Notes: generated by a model not told the origin, from the sequence alone. 64,000 nucleotides of DNA from Nitrososphaerales archaeon (GCA_047517285.1 JAKZTE010000001.1:27498-91497), one strand, 5' to 3'; counted from the first letter of the stretch, positions 19,272 to 28,262 are shown. Translations and numbers: made by a program.

Positions 19272-19402
19272 GCAGGGGTAGCGAATCTTAACAGAGCGAA
19301 GCCCGGTCAACCGCGGATTAACAAAGCGGAAAGGACTCAAGATCGGCTTGTTGTGATATCCTCTCCTCTAGAGGTTCATGGGTTCAAATCCCATCCCCTG
19401 CA
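19272..19402 (+). tRNA. tRNA-Leu(CAA), 131-nt gene requiring removal of three introns (mature 85 nt)
   Basis: Acceptor GCAGGGG/CCCCTGC, T arm ATGGG-TTCAAAT-CCCAT, long variable arm TCCTCTAGAGGTTC and anticodon loop CTCAAGA. A cloverleaf forms only after excising about 19284..19298, 19317..19331 and 19342..19357. Confidence 0.85.
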
Positions 19403-19447
19403 CTTTCCATCGATACTTTTTTTGGATGGAAAATACTTACAACTATC

Positions 19448-19954
19448 ATGATTATTGAATTTAATGCCAACACCCCAAAAATTCAATCCGGTGTGTTTCT
19501 TGCTAGCAGTGCAGATGTTATTGGCGATGTTGTATTAGCAAATGATGTAAGTGTTTGGTATAACTCTGTAATTCGTGGAGATTTTAATTCTATTATCGTC
19601 GAGGATTCTTCCAATATACAAGATAATAGTATCCTACATGTTGACGCTGATGAACCTCTTAGCATTGGTAAAAATACAACAGTTGGTCATGGATGCATAA
19701 TACACGGATGTACAATTGGAAATTCCTGTTTAATAGGAATGGGATCACTAATCATGAACCGCGTTACAATTGGTTCTAATTGTATAATTGGCGCAGGTAC
19801 TCTAATAACGCAGGATACAAAAATTCCTGATAATAGTGTTGTAGTAGGAAGACCAGGAAAAATTATCAGACAGATTACTCAATCCGATTTGGCATATATT
19901 AATTCTAATGCCAAAGCTTACGTGTCTCTTAAAAACAAATACCTTAATCGTTAA
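19448..19954 (+). CDS. gamma-class carbonic anhydrase family / hexapeptide-repeat (LbH) protein
   Basis: Left-handed beta-helix repeats, VIRGD...I.IG..SNIQDNS.LH and the GHGCIIHG His pattern of the Cam/YrdA family. Confidence 0.8.
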   Translation: MIIEFNANTPKIQSGVFLASSADVIGDVVLANDVSVWYNSVIRGDFNSIIVEDSSNIQDNSILHVDADEPLSIGKNTTVGHGCIIHGCTIGNSCLIGMGSLIMNRVTIGSNCIIGAGTLITQDTKIPDNSVVVGRPGKIIRQITQSDLAYINSNAKAYVSLKNKYLNR

Positions 19955-19958
19955 TTTA

Positions 19959-20354
19959 TTATTCTTTAATAAATTCTAACGATACTGAATTAATACAATA
20001 TCTTTTACCTGATGGAAACGGCCCATCATCAAATACATGTCCTAGATGCGAATCACATTTTTTACATAGTACTTCCGTTCTAGCCATTCCTGCTATCTGA
20101 TCAATTTCAAATCTCACTGAATCACTATTATGCGGTTCAAAAAAGCTTGGCCAACCAGTTCCCGAATCAAATTTTGTATTTGATTTGAATAAATTATTAT
20201 CACAACATATGCATTTGTAAACCCCTTTATCCTTTGTTTCATAGTATTTACCACTAAACGGAATCTCTGTTGATTTATTACGACATACATCAAATTGTTC
20301 ATCGGATAAAATCTCCTTCCATTCACTCTCATTTTTACGTATTTTATCTTCCAT
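19959..20354 (-). CDS. msrB: peptide-methionine (R)-S-oxide reductase
   Basis: Two CxxC pairs (CICC-type CxxC, CKKC), GTGWPSF and RYCINS are MsrB (SelR) motifs. Confidence 0.92.
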   Translation of the reverse strand: MEDKIRKNESEWKEILSDEQFDVCRNKSTEIPFSGKYYETKDKGVYKCICCDNNLFKSNTKFDSGTGWPSFFEPHNSDSVRFEIDQIAGMARTEVLCKKCDSHLGHVFDDGPFPSGKRYCINSVSLEFIKE

Positions 20355-20409
20355 ACTAAAATTTAGTTGTAAATTGTTATAACTTTTATCGAAATCTCAT
20401 TGTGAAATA

Positions 20410-20496
20410 TGGGCCCGGAGGGATTTGAACCCACGACTTTTGGTTATCTTCTATAATCCGAAGACCAACGCCCTATCCGGGCTGGGCTACGGGCCC
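20410..20496 (-). tRNA. tRNA-Arg(UCG) with 12-nt canonical (37/38) intron
   Basis: The reverse complement reads GGGCCCG TA GCCC AGCCCGGATA GGGC G TTGGT CTTCGG[ATTATAGAAGAT]A ACCAA AAGTC GTGGG TTCAAAT CCCTC CGGGCCC A. The CTTC/GAAG helix with flanking 3-nt bulges gives a BHB-like motif. The T stem has one U-U mismatch. The intron lies at 20446..20457. Confidence 0.8.
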
Positions 20497-20581
20497 AACA
20501 TTACTGAAGTAATTTAATATAAAAGTACAAATTTATGGGAAAAATATATTCACTATCAATTACTTAACTCCTATTGTATGT

Positions 20582-21133
20582 GTGAACGACAAATTGGAAG
20601 AAACAACTGATATTATTCAAGCAATAGAGAGCAGCAAGGGATTTTTGATTAAAGATAACGACTCCCGTCAAGAATTGAAAATTCGTGGTTTCGGCGAAGG
20701 AAAAAAACATGGATTATTATTAAGAGACTATGAAGCTCTTTATTTAATCTATTCTTCCAAACTTGATGTTATCAAGGATAATAAAAAGATAACTTTTAAT
20801 GACGTTCTTCAAACTGCTCTAATACGTGATGAACACGCTTGGACAAAATTCTTAATTTACCAAGATATTAGAACTCGTGGTTATGTAGCTAAAGAAGGCT
20901 TTGGTTTTGGTGCAGATTTTCGTGTTTATGATAAAGGAAATTTTGGTTCAAAAGCTGCAAAATATATTGTCTTTGCTATGAACGAAGGCAATGAAATAAA
21001 TACAAAATCTTTGACCGATTCTGTAAAACAAATTTCTAGAATGGGCAAAGTTCCAATTATTGCAGTTGTTGAAAGACGAGGTGAAGTTATTTATTATCGT
21101 TTATCTAAATCTCATTTTCGTGACTTGCTTTGA
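20582..21133 (+). CDS. endA: tRNA-splicing endonuclease family protein (EndA homolog; catalytic His apparently absent)
   Basis: FLIYQDIRTRGYVAKEGFGFGADFRVY...PIIAVV...EVIYY parallels M. jannaschii EndA as I recall it. The start is GTG. At the His position (about Y+10) the sequence reads KAAKY. Confidence 0.75.
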   Translation: MNDKLEETTDIIQAIESSKGFLIKDNDSRQELKIRGFGEGKKHGLLLRDYEALYLIYSSKLDVIKDNKKITFNDVLQTALIRDEHAWTKFLIYQDIRTRGYVAKEGFGFGADFRVYDKGNFGSKAAKYIVFAMNEGNEINTKSLTDSVKQISRMGKVPIIAVVERRGEVIYYRLSKSHFRDLL

Positions 21134-21981
21134 CATTTAATTTCATTGCTTTGCTTTCTCTAATTCGTCCGATAAATTCATTCATGATTGGTTTAGCTGT
21201 TATTGTAGGAATTGCAATTGGTTCTCCTGATATGTTATTCTCAAGACTATCAATTTATGGATTCATTACTGGATTCTCTATATCTTCTTATTCTATGATA
21301 ATCAACGATGTTTACGATATTGAAATTGATAAAGTCAATCAACCAGAACGCCCTCTTCCCAAACAATTAATCTCTGTCAATTCTGCATTATCATTATCTC
21401 TAATCCTATTATTAATTGGTCTTACCAGTTCATTACTAATTTCTTATTACCATATTATTATCACTGTAATCTTCTCTTTCTTATCTTGGTTCTATAATAT
21501 CTGGGGTAAAAAACAAGGACTAATTGGAAATTCTATAGTTGCATCTTCAATGTCTATCCCATTTATTTTTGGGGGCATAATCACTGGTAATATTTCATTA
21601 TTAGTTTGGTCCATCTCTCTCATAGCTTTTCTCTCAGGAATGGGTAGGGAAATAATCAAAACAATTGCTGATGTCGAAGGAGATCAGATTAAAGGTGTAA
21701 AATCCATTTCTATTCAATTTGGATTGCGTAATGCAATGCTCATTGCCTGCATCTTTATAGTCGGCTCTATTATTGTTTCATTTATTCCAGTTTATTTTGG
21801 TTTGATTCAAATCTATTATGTTCCATTATTGCTATTGACTGACCTGATTTTACTCTATTCGGTATCTATCATCTCAAAAAATTATTCAAAATCTGAATCA
21901 TTAAAAGTAAAAAAACTAATACTTTATGCAATGTTGTTTGGATTGATAACTTTTCTTGCTAATAGTGTGATTGTATGGTAG
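21130..21981 (+). CDS. digeranylgeranylglyceryl phosphate synthase (UbiA prenyltransferase family)
   Basis: UbiA motif NDVYDIEIDKVNQPERPLP and multiple TM helices, in an archaeal context. The start is TTG and overlaps the endA stop. Confidence 0.8.
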   Translation: MTFNFIALLSLIRPINSFMIGLAVIVGIAIGSPDMLFSRLSIYGFITGFSISSYSMIINDVYDIEIDKVNQPERPLPKQLISVNSALSLSLILLLIGLTSSLLISYYHIIITVIFSFLSWFYNIWGKKQGLIGNSIVASSMSIPFIFGGIITGNISLLVWSISLIAFLSGMGREIIKTIADVEGDQIKGVKSISIQFGLRNAMLIACIFIVGSIIVSFIPVYFGLIQIYYVPLLLLTDLILLYSVSIISKNYSKSESLKVKKLILYAMLFGLITFLANSVIVW

Positions 21982-21993
21982 GGGTGTTTCTTA

Positions 21994-23193
21994 ATGTGGA
22001 CTGAAAAATATCGACCAAAAGTTCTTAGCGAGGTAGCTGGCAACGACGATTTACGCGGTAAAATAAATAAATGGTTACGTACTTGGGATAAATCTTTCAA
22101 GCCTATTTTATTACAAGGAACACCAGGTGTTGGTAAAACTTCTCTCGTCTACGCTCTTGCTAAAGAACTTGATTATCATGTAATTGAACTTAATGCTAGT
22201 GATAAACGAACGAGGAATAATCTTCAATCTTCACTTGAACCTCTTTTTCAATCTACTACTCTGTTTAATGAAAAGATTTTAGTATTAATTGAAGAAGTCG
22301 ATGGCCTTGATTCACGAGCAGACTATGGCGGTGTAGACTTTCTTATTGAAACAATCGACAGTATAACTGTTCCAATCATTATTACTTGTAATTCCTCAGA
22401 TTCTAAAAAACTCTCCAAATTACTAAAAAAATGCCAGGTCTATAAATTCAAAAAAATCGATCCACGCCAAATAAGCTTAGTACTAGAATCAATTGTAAAA
22501 AAAGAAAAACTTACACTTCCTCTCGACGATATTGTCAATATTTCAACTACTTCTAATGGTGATTTACGTCATGCTATTAATGCTCTCCAGACATACGATT
22601 CGACCATAGAACAACCACGTTCATTTATTTCTAAATCATTATCTCTTGATCAAGGAATTCGACAATATTTTGATTCTGTTGATATGTCAGAGGCAATGAA
22701 TTCACTTCTTAATACTCATTCTAACCCAAACGACATATTACGTGCCATTTTTAGCAGTGTGGTCTCAAGTTCTAAAAAAATTCCAAATAATGAATTATCT
22801 AAAATCCTCTCAATACTGTCTGACATTGACTTGTTACTGGGACGTATAATAAAAACTCGTGAATGGAGACAATTAAGATACTTTAATTCCCTTCTTGTTT
22901 ATTCATTATTCGAAACTCTAACTCATCAACCAATTAAATTCAGTTTGTATCAAAATCCATTTCCATTACAAGTTCGTATCTGGAATGACGGCCGAAACTT
23001 TCGTACCATTGTAAAATCACTCAATAAATATACTAATGAATCAACCGATAATCTAGTAGATTTAATTCCTTATTTTATACTAATTCTATCAAAACAAGAA
23101 AACCGAAATAATCTTCTAACTCGTTTAGGATTAGAAGATAAAGAAATCAACACAATAAATAGAGAAATTACAAATATTTCTAAATCTAAGTAG
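21994..23193 (+). CDS. rfcL: replication factor C large subunit
   Basis: N-terminal WTEKYRP, Walker A GTPGVGKTS, Walker B LIEEVDG and sensor SNGDLRHAIN. Confidence 0.9.
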   Translation: MWTEKYRPKVLSEVAGNDDLRGKINKWLRTWDKSFKPILLQGTPGVGKTSLVYALAKELDYHVIELNASDKRTRNNLQSSLEPLFQSTTLFNEKILVLIEEVDGLDSRADYGGVDFLIETIDSITVPIIITCNSSDSKKLSKLLKKCQVYKFKKIDPRQISLVLESIVKKEKLTLPLDDIVNISTTSNGDLRHAINALQTYDSTIEQPRSFISKSLSLDQGIRQYFDSVDMSEAMNSLLNTHSNPNDILRAIFSSVVSSSKKIPNNELSKILSILSDIDLLLGRIIKTREWRQLRYFNSLLVYSLFETLTHQPIKFSLYQNPFPLQVRIWNDGRNFRTIVKSLNKYTNESTDNLVDLIPYFILILSKQENRNNLLTRLGLEDKEINTINREITNISKSK

Positions 23194-24460
23194 GCGTTAT
23201 TTCTTTCTGATTATTCATATAACTTCTTAATGCTCTTGGAATTGTAATACTTCCATCTTCGTTTTGATAATTCTCTATTATTGCAATTAAAGTACGTTCT
23301 GTAGCAGTCAATGTACTGTTTAGTGTATGCGTTAAAATACTTTCTTCGTGTGGTTTATTTCTAAATTTTATACCTAGTCTACGAGACTGAAAATCCGTAC
23401 AATTACTACAAGAAACTAATTCTCTGTAGTTGTTTTGTCCAGGCAACCAAGCTTCAATATCAAAAGTTTTTGCTGCAACTTTACCCATGTCCCCAGAACT
23501 CAGTAACATAATTCTATATGGTATTTCTAATTCTTTATAGAATTGTTTTACATCTGATAGAATTTCTTCATGCTGGTTCCAGGAACTTTCTGGATCAGCA
23601 ATCGAAAAAATTTCTACTTTTTCAAATTGATGTACTCTGAATATTCCTTTTGTATCTCTTCCATGAGATCCCGCTTCCTTTCTAAAACATGGACTAATTG
23701 ACGCATATTTTCTAGGCAAATCATCTTTAGAGAATATTTCATCTGAATGCATTGCGGCTAAGGCATGTTCTGACGTTCCAATTAAGTATAAATCCTGACC
23801 TTCGATTTTGTAAATCACTTCTTCAAAATCTGATAATATTACTGCTCCACTCATTGGTTTCCTATTCATTAGATATGGAGGTTGTAACATGGCATATCCT
23901 TTCTTATTGATATATTCAAGAGCAAATGCAATTAATGCATAATTCATTTTCACCAATTCATTTTTCAAAAAGTAAAATCTTGAACCTGAAATTTTACTTG
24001 CTCTCTCTATATCAATCAAGTCATTTTTTTCAGATAATTCTATGTGATCCAATGAATTCTTGTTTAACCCTGTTTCAGGCTGCCACTTCTCAATCTCTTT
24101 ATTTGACTTATCATCTATTCCTATTGGTACTGAATCATGGATTAAATTTGGTATGGATTCTAGACGATTATTATATTCATCTTGACTTTTTTTAGCGTTA
24201 TTTTGTAAATCTTCAATTTTAGTCGATATATTCTTCATTTCTGTTAATGTTTCTGTTATGTCAATTCCTTGTCTTTTCTTTGTTGATATATCCTTAGAAA
24301 TATTATTCCTTTGCATCTTATACGACTCTAGTTCAGTAATTAATTCTCTTCTTCCTCTATCTATTTCTAGAAGTTCTGAGATATCTAATTCTACATTCCT
24401 ATCTTTCAGCATATTGATGACTTTTTCTGGTTCTGCCCTCATTAACTTTGGATCAATCAA
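23186..24460 (-). CDS. serS: serine--tRNA ligase
   Basis: N-terminal coiled-coil arm and class II motifs (FRKEAGSHGRDTKGIFRVHQF, GxGxG-like core). Confidence 0.92.
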   Translation of the reverse strand: MIDPKLMRAEPEKVINMLKDRNVELDISELLEIDRGRRELITELESYKMQRNNISKDISTKKRQGIDITETLTEMKNISTKIEDLQNNAKKSQDEYNNRLESIPNLIHDSVPIGIDDKSNKEIEKWQPETGLNKNSLDHIELSEKNDLIDIERASKISGSRFYFLKNELVKMNYALIAFALEYINKKGYAMLQPPYLMNRKPMSGAVILSDFEEVIYKIEGQDLYLIGTSEHALAAMHSDEIFSKDDLPRKYASISPCFRKEAGSHGRDTKGIFRVHQFEKVEIFSIADPESSWNQHEEILSDVKQFYKELEIPYRIMLLSSGDMGKVAAKTFDIEAWLPGQNNYRELVSCSNCTDFQSRRLGIKFRNKPHEESILTHTLNSTLTATERTLIAIIENYQNEDGSITIPRALRSYMNNQKEITPT

Positions 24461-24461
24461 A

Positions 24462-24713
24462 TCATTTCACCTTTTCTAATGTTTTACTTGTCATATCAAT
24501 CATTGATAAAACTTCATCTACTGTATTTAACAAAGTTTCCATTACATTATTAGATTTGAAATTAATCTCTAAAATATTGTTCTTCACACTCTGACTCATT
24601 GTCATTCCTTCTGGAAAATCTTTATTATCTGGATCTAATGATTTTGCTATAATTGCTGCTGTAGACTTTTCTCTGAACTTCAAACTAATATCGATTTCTA
24701 TATTTTTTTTCAT
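24462..24713 (-). CDS. pcc1: KEOPS complex subunit Pcc1-like
   Basis: At 83 aa, its pattern (A..I..SL.PD...I...V..N.L.I.F.S.....L..TV...L) resembles archaeal Pcc1. It lies close to kae1 and bud32. Confidence 0.55.
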   Translation of the reverse strand: MKKNIEIDISLKFREKSTAAIIAKSLDPDNKDFPEGMTMSQSVKNNILEINFKSNNVMETLLNTVDEVLSMIDMTSKTLEKVK

Positions 24714-24744
24714 ATCTATTGTTTTAGATATTAATATTTTGTAC

Positions 24745-25191
24745 CTAGGCTAATTGAGCAACTACAGATTTATATTTCCACTTTTTAGGAATGATATTCT
24801 TCTTTTTGTAATATTTAGAAAGTCTGTGTACCTTGGCTTCTAACATCTCCAAAGATCTTACGTTTTTTCTATCTCCTCTATTTGATTTCAAATGGTTCTG
24901 CAAGCTTACAGCTCTTTTTACTAAAGTTTCCAAATCTTCAGGTATCTCTTGTTTTACCCCATTCTCTTCCATGAATTCTTTCATTTTCTTTCCAGTTACT
25001 GCTTTTATTGAAGAAACAGCATATTCATCTCTTAATTTAGTTCCTATCTGACTGGCATTCAATCCTTCTTTATTCATTTCAACAATAAGTTTTCCGATTT
25101 CTTCAGGAGTGACCTTCACCCAATCAGACTTCATAGTAGATGGCCTCATAGATTGAGATTTTCCTCTACTGTTTCCATGTATTCTAGTCAA
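24745..25191 (-). CDS. rps15: 30S ribosomal protein uS15 (S15P/S13e)
   Basis: N-terminal MTRIHGNSRGKS...RP and the C-terminal S15 helical domain (LQNHL..N..D......L...E.K..RL..YY). Confidence 0.9.
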   Translation of the reverse strand: MTRIHGNSRGKSQSMRPSTMKSDWVKVTPEEIGKLIVEMNKEGLNASQIGTKLRDEYAVSSIKAVTGKKMKEFMEENGVKQEIPEDLETLVKRAVSLQNHLKSNRGDRKNVRSLEMLEAKVHRLSKYYKKKNIIPKKWKYKSVVAQLA

Positions 25192-25239
25192 TTGTTCTCT
25201 TTTCCATATATGATGTTTATAATGATAAGTCTTGCGTTT

Positions 25240-25815
25240 TTATTGACTTTTTTCTAACCATTCCGCAAATGTTCGTGCTGCTTTTGACCTATGAGATGTT
25301 TGATTTTTTTCACTTAATGACATCTCTGCAAAAGTTTTGTTTTTTCCCTTTGGTGTAAATATCGGATCATAACCAAAACCTTGATTTCCTTGTAAATTTG
25401 CAGAAATATTTCCCTCGCAAATTCCTATGAAACTCTTTACAACTTTTCCCTTATCACCATACACAATAGCTGAATGGAATTCTGCTGTTTTATCTTCTCG
25501 ATTCCTTAGCAATCTAACTATTCCACCAAGTCCAATAGTTTTATACACAAATGCTGAATACGGACCTGGAAAACCATATAATGAATTAATATATACGCCA
25601 GAATCTTCTACAATGAATGCTTCATCAGTTTTTGTTGATATTTCTTTTGCTGAGTGTTCAGCAACCGATAATACACTAAATGCTTGTATTTCTGTTCCCT
25701 TTAAATCAACAACCCGAAGATCTAAGTCATAATTATCTAATATGTTCCTCATCTCTTCGTATTTGTCCATATTCTTTGTCGCCAAATTGATTTTTTTATT
25801 AGTCAACTCTTGCAT
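25240..25815 (-). CDS. non-canonical purine NTP pyrophosphatase (HAM1/RdgB family)
   Basis: ATKN..K..E, EDSG...N...GFPG.YSA and GFGYDPIF motifs. Confidence 0.88.
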   Translation of the reverse strand: MQELTNKKINLATKNMDKYEEMRNILDNYDLDLRVVDLKGTEIQAFSVLSVAEHSAKEISTKTDEAFIVEDSGVYINSLYGFPGPYSAFVYKTIGLGGIVRLLRNREDKTAEFHSAIVYGDKGKVVKSFIGICEGNISANLQGNQGFGYDPIFTPKGKNKTFAEMSLSEKNQTSHRSKAARTFAEWLEKSQ

Positions 25816-26455
25816 ATCTCCCTCTCATTTCAATTTTCTTTACAATGGAAAAAATTTCCTCCGACGAAAGCTTCATTACTGATTCGTAACCCTTCTTAAA
25901 ATTATTAAACACTTCATTAAAAACATCGTGATGAGCACTCTGTAAAATGCCTTTAAATAATCTTATATCTACTCCTTTATCCTCTGATTTTCTGCTTGTC
26001 GTAGATAATCCAAAATCAATCAAACATATACTTCCATTATCTCTTATTATCATATTTGACGTCGTTAAATCTCCATGAATCGTGTTGTTCTTATGCAATA
26101 CTGCGACTATTTCTCCAATCTTTTTACCTATATCTGACTTATTAGAATCATTTTTCATTAATACATCTCTCACTTTCATACCATCTACATTTTCCATTAT
26201 TATTTCTGATTTCTTTAAATCAACGAAATAAATAATTGGAACATCTAATTTTTCTCTTATCTTGTTTATCATGTTTGCTTCCTTCAAAGTTCTGCTAGAT
26301 CTAATAAATTCATCTATCTCCTGATGTCTATATTTCTTAATATCACGACGTTTTGAAATAGCCGATTTTCCAAACCATTCAGTAGAAGATACTATAGCTT
26401 CTGCACCAATATTGATTATTTTCGCCATTTTACATCTACTCTGTCTAATCTCCAT
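25799..26455 (-). CDS. bud32: KEOPS Bud32-type protein kinase
   Basis: RIO/Bud32-like small kinase with GAEA, HGDLTTSNMI and IDFGLS. The more likely start is the ATG at 26428 (MAKIINIGAEA), which overlaps the kae1 stop by 13 nt. Confidence 0.85.
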   Translation of the reverse strand: MEIRQSRCKMAKIINIGAEAIVSSTEWFGKSAISKRRDIKKYRHQEIDEFIRSSRTLKEANMINKIREKLDVPIIYFVDLKKSEIIMENVDGMKVRDVLMKNDSNKSDIGKKIGEIVAVLHKNNTIHGDLTTSNMIIRDNGSICLIDFGLSTTSRKSEDKGVDIRLFKGILQSAHHDVFNEVFNNFKKGYESVMKLSSEEIFSIVKKIEMRGRYARVD

Positions 26456-27414
26456 GATTGTTTAACCCAACTTTCTTCTACTGACACTTTTGTTCCACTA
26501 TTATATGCCAATATTCCAGCCCATGCAATCTGTGCACCACAATCTCCTGCGTAATTTCTGGGAATCACTGATAGCTTTGAACCCCTCTCTTTACACATGA
26601 CTTCTAACATTTCTTTCAATCTAGTGCTTGCTGCTACCCCTCCTGTTATTATCACTTCTTTCTTTTCTAAGAACGACAAAGCTCTTTCTGTCACTTCTGC
26701 TAACATGGCATATGATGTTTCTTGCAATGAAAAACATACATCTTCTATTTTCTCTCCCTTGTCAATCATCTTTTTTGCACTAGTTAAAATTCCAGAGAAC
26801 GAAACATCATTACCTTTTACAGAATAAGGTAATCTTAGAAAATTTTCTGATTCACTTGCTAATTTTTCGATAATTGCCCCCGCTGGGGAACTATATCCTG
26901 CATACCTTCCTATCTGATCAATGAGTTGACCTATTGTCAAGTCTAATGTTTCTCCAAACACTCTCCATTTTCCTGAATTAAATCCTAAAATCATTGTATG
27001 ACCTCCAGAAACTAAAAGATTTACAGGATCTGTTGCACGTGTCAATAAACAGCCTAGTTCAATATGTCCAATTGCATGATTTACTGGAACAAGAGGCTTG
27101 TTTAATTTCAGTGATAATGCTCGTGCTGCAGTTGCACCAACTCGGAGACATGGCCCTATCCCAGGTCCAGCCGAATACGAAATAATATCTAATTCTGTAT
27201 ATTTGATTTTTGCCTGTTCAATTGCTTTTTGTATTACTTCGTTTGCAATATTTGAATGATGCCTAGATGCTTCACGGGGATGTATTCCTGAACCTTTCGG
27301 CGCTTTGTAAATATCCTTCACATCTGAGAATATGTTTCCATTAGTATCAACGATAGACGCCCCAAATGTATGCGCTGTTGATTCTAAACCTATGCAAATT
27401 TGACTATTCTTCAT
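26416..27414 (-). CDS. kae1: tRNA N6-adenosine threonylcarbamoyltransferase Kae1
   Basis: ASKHA fold with GLESTAHTFG, HH.N, GPG.G.CLRVG and HIELG, typical of Kae1/TsaD. It is encoded separately from bud32. Confidence 0.92.
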   Translation of the reverse strand: MKNSQICIGLESTAHTFGASIVDTNGNIFSDVKDIYKAPKGSGIHPREASRHHSNIANEVIQKAIEQAKIKYTELDIISYSAGPGIGPCLRVGATAARALSLKLNKPLVPVNHAIGHIELGCLLTRATDPVNLLVSGGHTMILGFNSGKWRVFGETLDLTIGQLIDQIGRYAGYSSPAGAIIEKLASESENFLRLPYSVKGNDVSFSGILTSAKKMIDKGEKIEDVCFSLQETSYAMLAEVTERALSFLEKKEVIITGGVAASTRLKEMLEVMCKERGSKLSVIPRNYAGDCGAQIAWAGILAYNSGTKVSVEESWVKQSWRLDRVDVKWRK

Positions 27415-27439
27415 TAGTTAACATTTAAGAATCTCAATT

Positions 27440-27913
27440 ATGAATATATCTCTAACTATATTGAAAAAAACACAAAAAAAATTGGATTTTCGAACCATTG
27501 AAATTACTTTTGTCATTCATGAGACTGAGAATATTGATAAATTCTTATCTCATTTATTCGAAATCTTTGGTTTATCTGATACTGATCTCAGCATAAAAAA
27601 AACTGAAGGGCATCATAGGAACATTATACAATTGATTCGCGCTTATCTTATTCGAGACAGGGTACCTGAAATAACCGAAAAAATTCTTTCTTCTATTAAT
27701 ATAGCTGATCTTAAAACTATTAACAATGATCTACTTTACTATCTAGACGACAAATTCACTTTGTACTTACGGTTTAATAAACAAGATATAATTGACAACG
27801 TTCTAACACTTTCTTATGATGATTCTGTTCGCATCAAAATGAAACCAAAAATTAAATTAAATAAAGATAAAGCAATAGCTTCATACAAGGAACTATTGAG
27901 TGAATATTCATGA
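27440..27913 (+). CDS. DUF54/COG1325-like RNA-binding protein (predicted exosome-associated)
   Basis: VIHETENIDK resembles the HxTED motif of this family. Sitting immediately upstream of, and overlapping, a Pop5-like gene matches the conserved archaeal arrangement. Confidence 0.45.
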   Translation: MNISLTILKKTQKKLDFRTIEITFVIHETENIDKFLSHLFEIFGLSDTDLSIKKTEGHHRNIIQLIRAYLIRDRVPEITEKILSSINIADLKTINNDLLYYLDDKFTLYLRFNKQDIIDNVLTLSYDDSVRIKMKPKIKLNKDKAIASYKELLSEYS

Positions 27914-28137
27914 GAGTAAAACGAAGATATCTACTAACTGATAACGATAATCTTGCTAACATCAAATCATTAAATTTAAAGAACACTCGAATTGTACGAA
28001 ATAGCTTTAGCAAAACAATAATTCTAAAAGTAAACCTAGATTACATTCAGGAAATAAAACAACAACTTTCTAGTCATAATATTCAAATTCTTCAAGTTTC
28101 AGGCACTCTAAAATCAATCAAAAACAAGAAGAATTAA
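27910..28137 (+). CDS. RNase P protein component 2 (Pop5 homolog), short form
   Basis: N-terminal KRRYLL and C-terminal ILQVSGTLKSIKNK match Pop5 termini (KKRY..., V.GVSGTIKR...). At 75 aa it is shorter than the roughly 120 aa typical of the family. Confidence 0.5.
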   Translation: MRVKRRYLLTDNDNLANIKSLNLKNTRIVRNSFSKTIILKVNLDYIQEIKQQLSSHNIQILQVSGTLKSIKNKKN

Positions 28138-28262
28138 ATTATCTTAATACAATATAGTTTTGGGATGAAGTATTAGTCGCCCCAGACTGAATTCAGATGA
28201 AGCTCCAGGACATTGATCCTCTTTTACTCTGAATTATGAGGACACTGCGACGAAACTGACCA

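Noticed and set aside
28160-28232. A possible C/D-box sRNA: GGGATGA ... CTGA ... AGATGA ... CTGA.
   Set aside because: The box-to-box spacings are about 18 and 28 nt, against the roughly 12 nt expected for archaeal guides, and both C-like boxes are imperfect. I kept the region only as a generic possible structured RNA.
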